A stretch of 64,000 bases of DNA from Octopus sinensis (taxonomy: Eukaryota). The stretch spans positions 79,112,001-79,176,000 of the forward strand of contig NC_043003.1 in assembly GCF_006345805.1 (NCBI RefSeq). The letters run 5' to 3'. Below the pieces are notes generated by a model. The model saw only the letters and a program-made list of their open reading frames with translations. It was not told the DNA's origin and made no database searches. Shown here one piece after another: positions 39,947 through 53,050 of the stretch. The position numbers were made by a program, and so were the translations under genes. The stretch's first letter is position 1. Every line of letters begins with the position of its first letter.

Positions 39947-41300
39947 GAGATACACAAACACACACACACACAGATACACAAACACACACACACACACGCA
40001 CAGAGATACACAAACACACACACACACACAGATACACAAACACACACACACACACGCACAGAGATACACACAACCACACACACACACACAGATACACAAA
40101 CACACACAACACCACACGCACAGAGATACACAAACACACACACACACAACAGATACACAAACACACACACACACCACGCACAGAGATACACAAACACACA
40201 CACACACACAGATACACAAACACACACACACACACGCACAGAGATACACAAACACATACACACACACAGATACACAAACACAACACACACACAGATACAA
40301 AAAACACACACACACACAGAGATAACAAACACACACACACACACACACACAGATACACAAACACACACACACACACAGAGATACACAAACCACACAACAC
40401 ACACACAGATACACAAACACACACACACACACAGAGATACACAAACACACACACACACACACACAGATACACAAACACACACACACACACGCACAGAGAA
40501 CACAAACACACACACACACACACAAGATACACAAACACACACACACACACACAGATACACAAACACCACACCAACACACACGATACACAAACACACACAA
40601 CACACACAGATACACAAACACACACACACACACACACACAGATACACAACACACAACACACACACGCAGATACACAAACACACACACACACACGCACAGA
40701 GATACACAAACACACACACACACACGCACAGAGATACACAAACACATACACACACACAGATACACAACACCACACACACACACAGATACACAAACACACA
40801 CACACGCACAGAGATACACAAAACACACACACACACAGATACACAACCACCAACACACACACACAGAGATACACAAACACATACACACACACAGATACAC
40901 AAACAACCACACACACACAGATACACAAACACACACACGACAGAGATACACAAACACACACACACACACAGATACACAAACACACACACACACACACAGA
41001 TACAAACACACACACACACACACAGAGATACACAAACACACACACACCACACAGATACACAAACACACACACACACGCACAGAGATCACAACACACACAC
41101 ACACACACACAGATACACAAACACACACACACACACAGATACACAAACACACACACACACACAGATACACAAACACACACACACACACACAGATACACAA
41201 ACACACACACACACACACACAGATACACAAACCACACACACACACACACACAGATACACAAACACACACACACACTCACAGAGATACACAAACACACACA
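39905..41300. repeat. ~1.4-kb (CA)n-GATACACAAA minisatellite
   Basis: Unit (CA)n-GA(GA)TACACAAA repeated dozens of times. Confidence 0.95.
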
Positions 41301-41589
41301 CGCGCGCGCGCGCACGCGAACACACGCAAACACACAAACGTACAAACGCAAGAACGCACACACGCACACACACACACATATTACACAAAAAAGAGATATA
41401 TGCAAACACAAATACAACACAGACAGACACATCAACGCATACAAACATATACAAACACAAACACACGCACACACAAACACACGCACACGCACACACACAA
41501 ATACACATCCTCCACAATTTGCCATCCGTCATTCAGTCCACTTCTATTCTTTCTACATGCTATGTGTGTGTCTGTGTGTATGTGTCTGT

Positions 41590-41629
<40 letters not shown>

Positions 41630-41636
<7 letters not shown>

Positions 41637-42210
41637 CGCCGAGTTCCCTAAACCAGCCGCTCCTGTTCCAAGCCCAGTACCATGGTTACCCCGCTTCCCC
41701 TCACCTCGCCTCCACACCGACTCCCCACGTTTCGGTGTTTCCCCCTGGATAAGAGCCAGGTGTTCGGATAACGTGTTTGTGTGCACGAACGCGCTTGTGT
41801 GTGCGTGTGTGTGATTGTGTGTGTGTGCGTTATGTGTGTATGTGTGTATGTGTGCGTGTGTGTGTGTGTGTAAAGACGAGGTGACTGGCCGCATTTGGCC
41901 GGCTGGCAGAGAGACAGAAGGAGACACACGCACACACACACACACACACACACGCAGGCACAGACACATATGCACACTCATACACACACACACCACACAC
42001 ACACACTGAGCGAACTGGAGAGAGAGAGAGAGAGAGAGGGGGAGAGACAGAGCGAGAGAGAGAGAGAGAGAGTGAGAGTGTTGAGCAGACTGCGATATGG
42101 CGCCCAGATCTGTAGTTAGGACGCTGCACACGGCAGCAGATGTACAGTTAGCAAACAATGCATGAGGCAGAAAGAGGAAAGTGGGCTGAAGATATATATA
42201 CACATACGAG
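41630..42210. promoter_or_regulatory. Candidate GC/CpG-rich regulatory island
   Basis: Unique GC-rich blocks between CA/GA repeats; X-box-like GTACCATGGTTAC (~41677) and ATGGCG (~42097). Confidence 0.25.
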
Positions 42211-42477
42211 ACAGAAGGACGGTTGTGATATATGTATGTATGTATGTATGTATGCATATGTGTGTGCATGTACGGTGTGTGCGCCTGTGTGCGCCTGGCT
42301 GTGTGTTTTGTATGTGCGTGTGTGACTGCGCGCATATATACACAAAGAAAAAACAAACGAAGAGAGTTTGCTGGTCTTTTTGTTGGTTTTTTCTTTTTAT
42401 ACATTAGGAGCCAAGATGGTTCACTATTGTATATTGTGATTACTATAGTTTGAATTATTATATTGAAAAAATTTTTT

Positions 42478-42507
<30 letters not shown>

Positions 42508-42508
<1 letters not shown>

Positions 42509-42679
42509 GCGGCAGGAGTGGCTGTGTGGTAAGTAGCTTGTTTACCAACCACATGGTTCCGGGTTCAGTCCCACTGCGTGGCATCTTGGGCAAGTGTCTT
42601 CTGCTATAGCCTCGGGCCGACCAAAGCCTTGTGAGTGGATTTGGTAGACGGAAACTGAAAGAAGCCCGTCGTATATATG

Positions 42680-42710
<31 letters not shown>

Positions 42711-43760
42711 TTGTGTGTCTGTGTTTGTCCCCTAGCATTGCTTGACAACCGATGCTGGTGTGTTTATGTCCCCGTTACTTAGCGGTTCGGCAAAAGAGAC
42801 CGATAGGATAAGTACTAGGCTTACAAAAGAATAAGTCCCGGGGTCGATTTGCTCGATTAAAAGGCGGTGCTCCAGCATGGCCGCAGTCAAATGACCGAAA
42901 CAAGTAAAAGAGTAAAAGAGTATTTGCTTGAGTGGCTGTGTAGTAAGAACCTTTCTTACCAGTCACATGGTTCCGGGTTCAGTCCCTCTGCGTGGCACCT
43001 AGAGCAAATGTCTTCTACTATAGACTCAGGCCGACGAAAGAAAGCCTTGTGATTGGATTTGGTTGACGAAAATATGTACTCTTTTACTCATTTACTTGTT
43101 TCAGTCATTTGACTGTGACCATGCTGGAGCACCGCCTTTAGTCGAGCAAATCGACCCCGGGACTTATTCTTTGTAAGCCTAGTACTTATTCTATCGGTTC
43201 CTTTTGCCGAACCGCTAAGTTACGGGGACGTAAACACACTAGCATCGGTTGTCAAGCGATGTTGGCGGGACAAACAGACACACAAAACATATAAACACAT
43301 ACATACATACATACATACATAAATTTAAATATATATATGTATGACCCGAGGCTATAGTAGAAGACACTTGCAGTGGGACTGAACCCGGAACCATGTAGTT
43401 GGTAAGCAAGCTACTTACCACACACCTACTCATACGCCTATGGATATATATATATTTATGTGTTTATAACAAAAAAAAAAACAGTAGTGCTTTCTCTCGT
43501 ACAGGCTTACCTCGAGTGATGGACATGAATATGCGATTTTGGCTGGCTGGCAGTGAGACACAAACAGTATGTATCTCTTTTACTTGTTTCAGTCTGTTGA
43601 CTGCGGCCATGCTGGAGCATCGCCTTTATTCGAACAAATCAGCCCTAGTATTTATTCTCCGTAAGCCTAGTACTTATAACCGCTAAGTTATGGGGACGTA
43701 AACACACCAACATCGGTTGTTAAGTGGGGTGGGTGGACAAACACAGACACACACACACAC
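42508..43760. mobile_element. Cluster of SINE family B copies in both orientations
   Basis: 42508-42920(+), 42930-43070(+), 43078-43440(-), 43575-43760(-). Confidence 0.85.
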
Positions 43761-43793
43761 ACACAAATATCTCTATATATAAAGAAGCCTGTA

Positions 43794-43848
<55 letters not shown>

Positions 43849-43929
43849 GGTCCCGGGTTGATTCCGGGTAACCACAGTAAATAAGGTACTCAATACATAG
43901 CAGAGTAAATTAATTTATTATATAGAAGG

Positions 43930-43980
43930 AGCTTCTACAGGACTAGAACTGTTTCATTCAAGAGAAATCTTCAGGAAGCT
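43930..43980 (-). ncRNA. Type I hammerhead ribozyme
   Basis: AGCUUC-CUGAAGA-UUUCUCUUGAAU-GAA-ACAG UUCUAGUC CUGU-A|GAAGCU; stems I and III perfect, stem II short with a U.U at its base. Confidence 0.7.
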
Positions 43981-44253
43981 AGTTAACAAGAATTGTGTTG
44001 GCATTTATACATTTAGGCAGGTTTTATATGGGTGGTGGTGGGGGACTTTTTGGGGTAGGCATAGCGCAAAAAAAATCATACTTGGGGGGTGGTCAAGGAG
44101 TCAGTGGTAAATTAGATAGAAGAATAAATAAAAGAATAAAAAGAATAAAAAAATAAAAAATATAAATATATAATAAGATAAGAGTTTTAGGTAAATAAGG
44201 AAATTCTCAACACACACACATATACATATACACATACATACACACATACCCCC

Positions 44254-44290
<37 letters not shown>

Positions 44291-44546
44291 TATACATACA
44301 TATATCTACATATATATATATATATACAGAATACATATACATACATACACATATACATGCATATACATATACACACACACCATGTATATATACACACACA
44401 CACGACCACACATACCATACACACAAAAAAATATATACATACACACACATACACATACTCACATACACACACAATATCCACATACACACATGCACACACT
44501 CAACACAAGTCCCTATAACTCATACATACATATACACATATATGTA

Positions 44547-47175
44547 CTTACTTTGATACTTGATAGGTTTCGGCCATTATGGCCCAGGCCATGTCTACTT
44601 ATAGCACCACCTGGTGAAGTCTTTCAAGTCAGAATTTGGGCACTATGGCCCACTCAAGTAGAGAGTTATTGTTTACAGAGACATATCGGGTGTAGGGGTT
44701 TTATATCCGGGATTTCTTGAAGGAATCTGTCCAAAGACTTCTTGAACCCTATAGGGTCAGTTTCTGTTTAATGTGTTTTGGTGTAATTAAAGAGAGCGGG
44801 CCAATTGAGGGTGAATAATTGTGCGTATTGTTGTTATGAGATGAGAGTGCGATTTTTGTTTTGGGCGGATGGCACGGGGCCCAAGCCTTGGATGTACCTT
44901 AAAGGTGATGCAACATCATTTGGGCAATGCTGATGGAATATTTCCACATCATGCAGATGATGTAGCGCTCACGACGACGTTGGAGAAATAGAGTTTAGCT
45001 TTTCTAGTCGACCCCAATAGTCGAGGCCTGTCATGCCATCTATCTTTTTTTGTGATTGCCCTTTGTGAGGTGCTTCACAACTTTATGATACCTTGTATTT
45101 GTGGGGAGACCACAGTGGACAACAGTATTCAAGGTGGGGTCGGGCAAAAGTGGAGAAAGATAAGGATAATGTGTGGGATATCTCTCGACTGGAAAGTTCT
45201 GAGAATCCAGGAACACATTCTGCTGGCCATGTCACTTTGGTGTTTATATGAGTGGCCCAGCTTACGTTGTTGTCCACAATTACTCCCAAGTCTCTGATGT
45301 TGTGGACAGCCGCGAGAGTTTCAACCTGAAGAAGGGAGTATGGGAGTTTCAGGGCATCCTCTTTTCCAAAGTGGATTAGCTCAAATTATCCTCGTTCAGA
45401 GCATATTGTTTTTTTTCTGCCCATTGGATAACAGCCAGTAGATCTGACTGAAGGCATGTCCGGTCACTCGCCTCATTTATGACCTTCTGTAGCTTGGAGT
45501 CATCTGCAAAGATTTTTATGTTGCTGTGCTTGATGATGTCATTAATGTCATTAATGTAAATGATGAAAAGAATGGGCCAAGCACAGTGCCTTGCGGAACG
45601 CCACTACTGACTTTCGCTGGGCTTGATTTTACCCTTCAACTACACATGTTGAGATCTGTCTGTCAGGAAACATTAAATCCATTTCAGTAACTTTCCAGAG
45701 ACACCAATGTTGATAGTTTTTTTTCAATAGGATCTTGTGATCGACCCTGTCGAAGGCCTTACTGAAATCCAGGTAGATGACATCGGTGTTGGAAGCCCTC
45801 TCCCAAAGCTCTCAAAATGTCCTCAAAGTGATGCAGGAGCTGCGTTAGGCAGTCCCTTCCATTTACGGAACCCATTTGGTTGGAGATCAGCCGTCTGTTG
45901 CTTTCCAGAAAATTGGGTTATTCGAATCTCACCACCCTCTCAAATACCTTTATGATATGAGAGGTGAGTGAGATCGGACGGTACTTCACTGCAAGGGACT
46001 TGTTTCCCTTTTTGAAAACTGGACAACAGACCGGGACAGAAGGTTTTTTGGAATATAGCCAGCATCCAGTGAGTTTCTTCACCACAGTAGCAAGGGAGAT
46101 GCAAGTTGGTTGTCGACACACCTTCAGGACACAAGCAGGGACCTATCGGGGCTACTGCGAATTGTGTTTTATTTCGTTTATCGCCGCTAAGACATCAGGG
46201 GCACTAAACGTTATGCCGAATATAGTGTGTTGGGGTTGACATCACTGATACAGCCCATCGGCCATATCAGGATTGCTTGAAAACAGAGCAGTATTGGTTT
46301 CTGCAGTATCTCGGCGGCATGGATTTGGCATTATCTTGGAGAGTGCCAGTTTTCGTCATTATTATAGGGCCTACAGTGGTGAGACACAGTGACCCTGCGT
46401 TTCCTCGCAATGAAAAGAACACTTTGGGGTTGAGTTTTGATTTTTTCAATGGCCCCTTCTCCTCAGCTGATCTTTGGTTATTGATGAGGGTCTTCATGCA
46501 TTGTTGGAGGTTTATTTTTTGGATTCAAGCAGTGCGATAGCCGTCGAATGTGTGTGTGCTGTTGGCAGTACTTTAGTTTGTTAATTTTTTTGTTTGTTCT
46601 TTTTATTTTTCTGATAATGGTTTTTCTGTTTGGGGGATTCTGCACTTTTTGTTCACATCTTTTGGTGGGGAGTGTTTTGCACATATGTCTGTGACGGTGT
46701 CTACAAAGATCTGCCAAGATGTTTTAATGGTTGGTGGAGATGTGTGTATGTGTAAAGGACCAGTCAACATTTGATAGCTCGTTCCTGATTGCATCCCAGT
46801 TGGCTTTATGGAGATCCATGTTGTCAATGGGGTGGCTGGAGGAAGGTCACTAGGATTAGCTTTCGCTGGTGAATTTCCATGTTACAGAAAACCATGTCAT
46901 GGTCTGAAAGAGGGTTTTTTCCACTGTAACGTTATGTATAGTGTTAGTGTGGTTACTAAACACTAGGTCCAAATGTTCTGATGTCTTGTTGGTTCAAGGA
47001 CAAGTTGGGACAAGAAGAAAAACTCATTCGTAAGTCGAAAAGTGACTCTGCTGCTTCTTTCTTTGTCAGCGGTTGAGGCGGAGTGCTTGTTTTCAAACAG
47101 TTTGTAGTCCAGTCAACACAGAGTAGATTGAAGTCCTCCCATCATGAGTATGTTGCTAGAATGGCACTGTTGAAT
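44547..47175 (-). pseudogene. CR1-group LINE, 5'-truncated (endonuclease C-terminus, RT, 3' end), frameshifted
   Basis: DFNL motif, KKGNKSLAVKYRPISLTSHIIKVFER, SGVPQGTVL..FIIYIND, KIFADDSKL, RDLGVIVD, RPHLEYCCPLWSP; 3' stem-loop GGCCATAATGGCC and short TATCAAG tail. Confidence 0.9.
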
Positions 47176-47233
47176 ATGTATATATATGTGTGTATATAAC
47201 CCAACACACACACATATTATATAGTATATAATA

Positions 47234-47272
<39 letters not shown>

Positions 47273-47601
47273 TATATATATAATATATATATATATTATA
47301 TATATATTCCGTAAATAATTGAAGGGTGAAATTAATTAATTTGAATAATTATCAATTACACCAAGTATCTTCTTCGGCATGTAAAAGCCTCATTCGAGGA
47401 AAATTTAAGTAATACTAAGCAATAAAGGGTTTAGCAACGAATTGCCTTACCACATACCGAATTTAGAAATAGCAGTCAAAGAGTTATAGCTATTTCTTCT
47501 ACTAAAAAGGGAGATCTCAGTAAAGACAGCAATTGGAAGGCAGACACAAACAGGTAAGAGAGAATGAATTGACGGCAATCTATCATACATTTTTAAGTTA
47601 T

Positions 47602-47705
47602 CTACGGTACGTACGTTTCGAATCAAGTTTTTAGGAAAGCATAAGAATTAAATATTAAATATTAAATAATTCTATCTTACCGAAACTTCTTTTCTCTTCA
47701 GCGTA
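47602..47705 (-). ncRNA. Type I hammerhead ribozyme
   Basis: UACG-CUGAAGA-GAA..UUC-GAAAC-GUAC-GUA-(C)CGUAG; one extra base at the cleavage junction, possibly a sequencing error. Confidence 0.65.
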
Positions 47706-48016
47706 ATACTATAATCATAAATGATTATATATTGAATTTGAGATACTAGAAGGCACCAACTCAACTCAGTATCAGAGCGAGCTAGAATCCGCAACTAGTA
47801 TCACCAAACTCAATGTGTGAATGAAACGATTCAGTAGATGACACCCGCATCTTGTTTTGGCTACACGCGGTGGGAAGGGGCTGGTGACACAATCGTTTCA
47901 TTCACACATTGAGTTTGGTGATACTAGTTGCGGATCTATCTCGCTCTGATCTGAGTTGAGTTGGTGCCTTCTAGTATCTCAAAATTCAATATATAATCAT
48001 TTATTATTATAGTATT

Positions 48017-48121
48017 CTACGCTGAAGAGAAAAGAAGTTTCGGTAAGATAGAATTATTTAATATTTAATATTTAATTCTTATGCTTTCCTAAAACTTGAT
48101 TTCGAAACGTACGTTACGTAG
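48017..48121 (+). ncRNA. Type I hammerhead ribozyme (inverted-arm copy)
   Basis: CUACG-CUGAAGA-GAA..UUC-GAAAC-GUAC-GUU-(A)CGUAG. Confidence 0.65.
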
Positions 48122-48305
48122 ATAACTTAAAAATGTATGATAGATTGCCGTCAATTCATTCTTCTTACCTGTTTGTGTCTGCCTTCCAATTGCTGTCTTA
48201 CTGAGATCTCCCTTTTTAGTAGAAGAAATAGCTTATAATTCTTTGACTGCTATTTCTAAATTCGGTATGTGGTAAGGCATTCGTTGCTAAACCCTTTATT
48301 GCTTA

Positions 48306-48345
<40 letters not shown>

Positions 48346-48358
48346 TATATATATATAG

Positions 48359-48404
<46 letters not shown>

Positions 48405-49445
48405 TACATATGTGTACCCCATTCACACACAATATGTATGTATACACACACACACACATACATATATATACACAGAATACATACATACATATATGTAACC
48501 TATCATACCAACACATACACACATATATACATACAATTACAAACCCATTCCCTAATTTTAATTTTATTATCTTCATTTATTACTTTTGTTATCTTGACCG
48601 CTGGTCACATATTTCTTTTGTTATCTTGACCAGCGGTCAAAGATAACAAAAGTAATAAATGAAGATAATAAATTAAAATTAGGGAATGGGTTTGTAATTG
48701 GTATGTATATATGTGTGTATGTGTTGGTATGAATAGGTACACATATGTATGTTCTTATATGTGTATATATATGTATGTGTGTGTGTGTGTATACATACAA
48801 TATGTGTGTGAATGGGTACACATATGTAGGTATTATATATATATATATATTATATGTGTGTGTGTATACATACATATATGTGTATATGTATATATGAGTA
48901 TATAGGGACTTGGTTTAGTGTGTGCATGTGTGTATGTGGATATGTGTGTGTATGTGAGTATGTGTATGTTGTGTGTATGTAATATTTTTTGTGTGTATGT
49001 GTATGTGTGGTCGTGTGTGTGTGTATATATACATGTGTGTGTGTATATGTATATGCATGTATATGTGTATGTATGTATATGTATATGTAATGTATATATT
49101 ATATATGTAGATATATGTCTGTAAGTGTGTGTGTGTGTATATATAATATAGATATATATATATATATATGGGGGTATGGGTGTATGTATGTGTGTATGTA
49201 TATGTGTGTGTGTTGAGAATTTCCTTATTTACCTAAAACTCTATTCTTCTATATAATTTTATATTTTTTTATTTTTTATTTTTTTTTTATTCTTTTATTA
49301 TTTTCTATCTAATTTACCACTGACTCCTTGACCCCTCCCCCAAGTATGATTTTTTTGCGCTATGCCTACCCCCAAAAAGTCCCTCCACACCCCACCCCTA
49401 TAAACCTGCCTAAATGTATAAATGCCAACACAATTCTTGTTAACT

Positions 49446-49496
49446 AGCTTCCTGAAGATTTCTCTTGAATGAAACAGTTCTAGTCCTGTAGAAGCG
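49446..49496 (+). ncRNA. Type I hammerhead ribozyme (inverted copy of 43930-43980)
   Basis: Same core and stems; one mismatch at the distal end of stem I. Confidence 0.65.
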
Positions 49497-49507
49497 CCTT
49501 CTATATA

Positions 49508-49541
<34 letters not shown>

Positions 49542-49759
49542 TAGAAAAAAACACTTTATCAATTCAATAATGAAAAAATTAAATTATACCATTTAGAAAA
49601 TTACATTTATAGAAAGATTAAATAAAATATAACATATAACAATGATTAAGTAATGTGCAAAATAATAAATAAAACGTATATATTGGTAGAATATATATAA
49701 ATAGTGAGAATTTACAAAAATGCAAAAGACGAAGACGGGTGTGTAAACAACAGATATTA

Positions 49760-49812
<53 letters not shown>

Positions 49813-50179
49813 ATATATATATAAAATATATATATATGAAGAAGGTTTGGACAATGCAATTTCAAAAGGTGTTTATTCACTTGACCGGTTCTGTCTGTGT
49901 CTTCTAGGATCTTGGGCATCCTCCATCCGATTGCGCTCAAATTTTGATTATGTTGATACCGACGCGCAAGTACATCAGCTGTTGCGATCGATACTACGCG
50001 TACGCGAGAAAAATGCACGTGCAGTTTGCGCCCATGCCCTTGAACATCCCGTAAAGTAAGTTAGCTTAAAATTAGTTACTTAGTTCCCTAGATTGTTGCT
50101 TTTCATCAAAAATCGCCCCAAGTCGATTCCCTACATGTTTTATCGGATAAACTTATCATTGTCCCAGGTACGTTCCCAT

Positions 50180-50893
50180 AAATTCATCATGCTTTTCCAT
50201 TTAGATTTACCTCCAGCTAACCCATTTACATGCATCGTTTTTGTCCTGCTTTTCTTCCATATCCTTGCCTTCAGTTCATCTTTTGGTGTTACAAGGAGTT
50301 TTGTCGGTCTTTCACAATGAAGCGGATTGCAGACTGGGGAGTTAGGTGGCCAGATATTAGGGGTGATGTGGTCGCAGAAATTGTCATACAGCCATGACTG
50401 GGTTCTCCACCTTGTGTGGCATGTTGCAGTGTTCTGTTGCCAGGCGTATGGTCTTCCAGCAACCACCCTCTTGACCCAGTGCAGTACTACCTCCTCCAGG
50501 CACTTGATGTAGGCCTCTGTGTTGAGTCTGGGGCCGTGTGGGTAGCTGAAAGGAGGCGTAACGTCGCCATGACTATTAATCACTCCAAATACCATGATGT
50601 TAGCTGGTTGTTTGATTTTTATGATTCTCGGTACATGTCCTCAGATTGCACGGTTCTCAGACTGACACCCAAACACACTGAAATGTTCGTATTGGGACTT
50701 CCGGCCCGAATGCCAAGTGGTACAGCATGTCATTTCCGAGTTTCTAGCAAAGTGAATTGCGTCATGATTCTGTTTTTCTCACAGACGGTGCCCAACTGAC
50801 CCTACTATACTGTGTAGTCGACAAAGTCTCAAAAACAAACATCGCCTGAAATTAAAGATATAAAATGGCGACAATTTACTAATCGCACCCTGT
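50180..50893 (-). pseudogene. Tc1/mariner-superfamily (DDD, maT-like) transposase remnant
   Basis: MVFGVINSHG...WQQNTATCH...WPPNSPVCNPL; 5' terminus TA|CAGGGTGCGATTAGTAAATT on the minus strand. Confidence 0.8.
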
Positions 50894-51000
50894 ATATACA
50901 GACAGACAGACAGACGGACGGACGGACTGACGGACGGACGGACTGACGGACGGACGGACGGACGGAGGGACGGACGGATAGATGGATGGATGGATGGATG

Positions 51001-51085
<85 letters not shown>

Positions 51086-51294
51086 TCAATGAAGAAGTAG
51101 AGTACAACTAAAATTGCGTCTAATGATATCAAGTAATAGGCGTATACAATAAGTGCCCGGGTGAGTTTAGCACTAAAACTCCGACTTGAACTACGGCTAG
51201 ACCAAAAGCGATGTTATAGTTGCCCCGCAATGAGTGGTTAAAAGTAGTTCACCATTGAGCGGGTAGATATAGATTAGGAAGAAAGAAAGAATGC

Positions 51295-51394
51295 NNNNNN
51301 NNNNNNNNNNNNNNNNNNNNNNNNNNNNNNNNNNNNNNNNNNNNNNNNNNNNNNNNNNNNNNNNNNNNNNNNNNNNNNNNNNNNNNNNNNNNNN
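51295..51394. other. Assembly gap (100 N)
   Basis: Run of N. Confidence 1.
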
Positions 51395-51729
51395 CGTCTG
51401 TAGCTGTCGGACTGGCAGTGTGAAGCGGCTGACCTCCCTTGTTCGAAGGTTATAATGGAACAGATTGTGTATCAATAGCTATCTTAAGGCGGTGGCCTCA
51501 TGGAGCTGACCAGCGGCAGCGATTATTCTTATATCTATAAGATGCCATATTAATATGGCGATAACAATAATTTCCAGTAAACGCTTGTCGTAATCTCTTT
51601 TATAGAGACTTAGTAATTTTAATTATTTATATATATATATATATTATATATATATATATATATAATATATATATATATATATGCATAATATATAACATAC
51701 ATATATATCTGTGTGTGTGTGTGTGTGTA

Positions 51730-51880
51730 AGTGAGGCGCAATGGCCAGTGGTTAGGGGCAGCGGACTCGCGGTTTTCGATTCCCAGAACGGGGCGTTGTA
51801 GGTGTTTATGAGACGAAAGACCACTAAAGCTCCACGAGACTCCGGCAGGGGGCGGTGGCGATCCCTGCTGTAACTTTCGC
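51730..51880 (+). mobile_element. SINE family C, 5' part
   Basis: Family C head. Confidence 0.75.
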
Positions 51881-51950
51881 CACAAAAGCGCATTGTGACC
51901 AGCCATGTGTAGCAACATCTGATAGCCTGGTCGGTCACGGTGATCACGAT

Positions 51951-51991
<41 letters not shown>

Positions 51992-52042
51992 TTATATATA
52001 TATATATATATAATTATATATATATATATATATATATTATAA

Positions 52043-52290
52043 AAATTAGAGATAAAACCACTATTAGGCAAATCAAACAATGAAAAACTTAAGCCAATAC
52101 ATAAAATTATTTAAAATATATAAATTAATTAATTTTATGTATTGGCTAAGTTTTTCATTGTTTGATTTGCCTAATAGTGGTTTTATCTCTAATTTAATAT
52201 AATATAATATTTTACTATAAAATTGGATTCAATCCTAAATCTGATCTTTCCCTGTAAGTTTGGATTTATTCCCTAATATTTATTATATAC
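52043..52290. mobile_element. Short fold-back element with one-sided tail in (TA)n
   Basis: ~65-bp inverted arms spanning 52043-52195 plus a ~95-nt right extension whose end resembles the reverse complement of 10665-10705. Confidence 0.6.
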
Positions 52291-52504
52291 AGTATATATA
52301 TATATATATATATATATAGTATATCATATATTATATATATAAGATGGAGGTGAACATGATGGAGGTAAGACATTTCAATTTAAGAAAGAATTTTTAAAAA
52401 TAATTTTAAAAATTATATGGCCTCAGCCGGATGGCTGAAACAAGTAAAAGAGTAAAAGAGTAAAAGAGTAGTGTAAAGAGTAAAAGAGTAAAGAAAATAT
52501 TATC

Positions 52505-52850
52505 ATCTCATCAAATATCAGTAAAAATTTATAAAAGTTTGAAGTAAAAACAGTTTATCTTCTGTTTTTGACCCCCAGACAGAAGATAAACTGTTTTTAC
52601 TTAAAATGTTTATATATGTTATTGACCCCAGACAGAAGATAAACTGTTCAAATTTTTATAAATTTTTACTGATATTTGATAAGATTAGATTCATCATCGA
52701 AACCAGTAATTTTTTCTTTATACAATTTTTCAAATTGTTTTTATTAAACTCCTTCTTAAATAAATAAATGCCTTAAATTTACTTCTGTGCCATTTCCACT
52801 TTCATCTTTTATATATAAAAATTTGATTTGTATAGAGCTCTAATCTTTTT
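52505..52850. mobile_element. Fold-back element with a degenerate hammerhead-like motif
   Basis: ATCAAATATCAGTAAAAATTTATAAAA...AACAGTTTATCTTCTG is inverted at ~52632-52680; followed by UUGAUAA-GAU..AUC-GAAAC-CA-GUA. Confidence 0.5.
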
Positions 52851-52854
52851 TCAA

Positions 52855-52971
<117 letters not shown>

Positions 52972-53050
52972 TATATAATATAAAAGGTTTATATTCTTTA
53001 TTAATTGACATTTTTATGTTCCAGGTTCTATGTGACTATTTAATCCTGCC

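Larger units (their letters stand above)
47310..48309. mobile_element. Fold-back non-autonomous Penelope-like element with two hammerheads
   Basis: Arms ~47412-47831 / 47891-48309, ~60-nt spacer, ~100-nt left tail; diverged homolog of 12770-13568; (TA)n flanks. Confidence 0.8.
43846..49510. mobile_element. Large fold-back Penelope-like element whose left arm is split by nested insertions
   Basis: Left arm 43915-44545 plus 48390-48605 is the reverse complement of 48625-49510; ~70-nt unpaired left tail; (TA)n flanks. Confidence 0.75.

Noticed and set aside
39905-41300. CRISPR-like regular spacing of GATACACAAA
   Set aside because: Spacers are only (CA)n, there are no cas genes, and the context is eukaryotic
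39243-41532. Longest ORFs (360-551 aa; Cys/Val- or Thr/His-rich)
   Set aside because: Translations of ACC and CA minisatellites, open in several frames on both strands; no domain or splice evidence
51197-51475. ORF spanning the N run
   Set aside because: Artefact of the assembly gap
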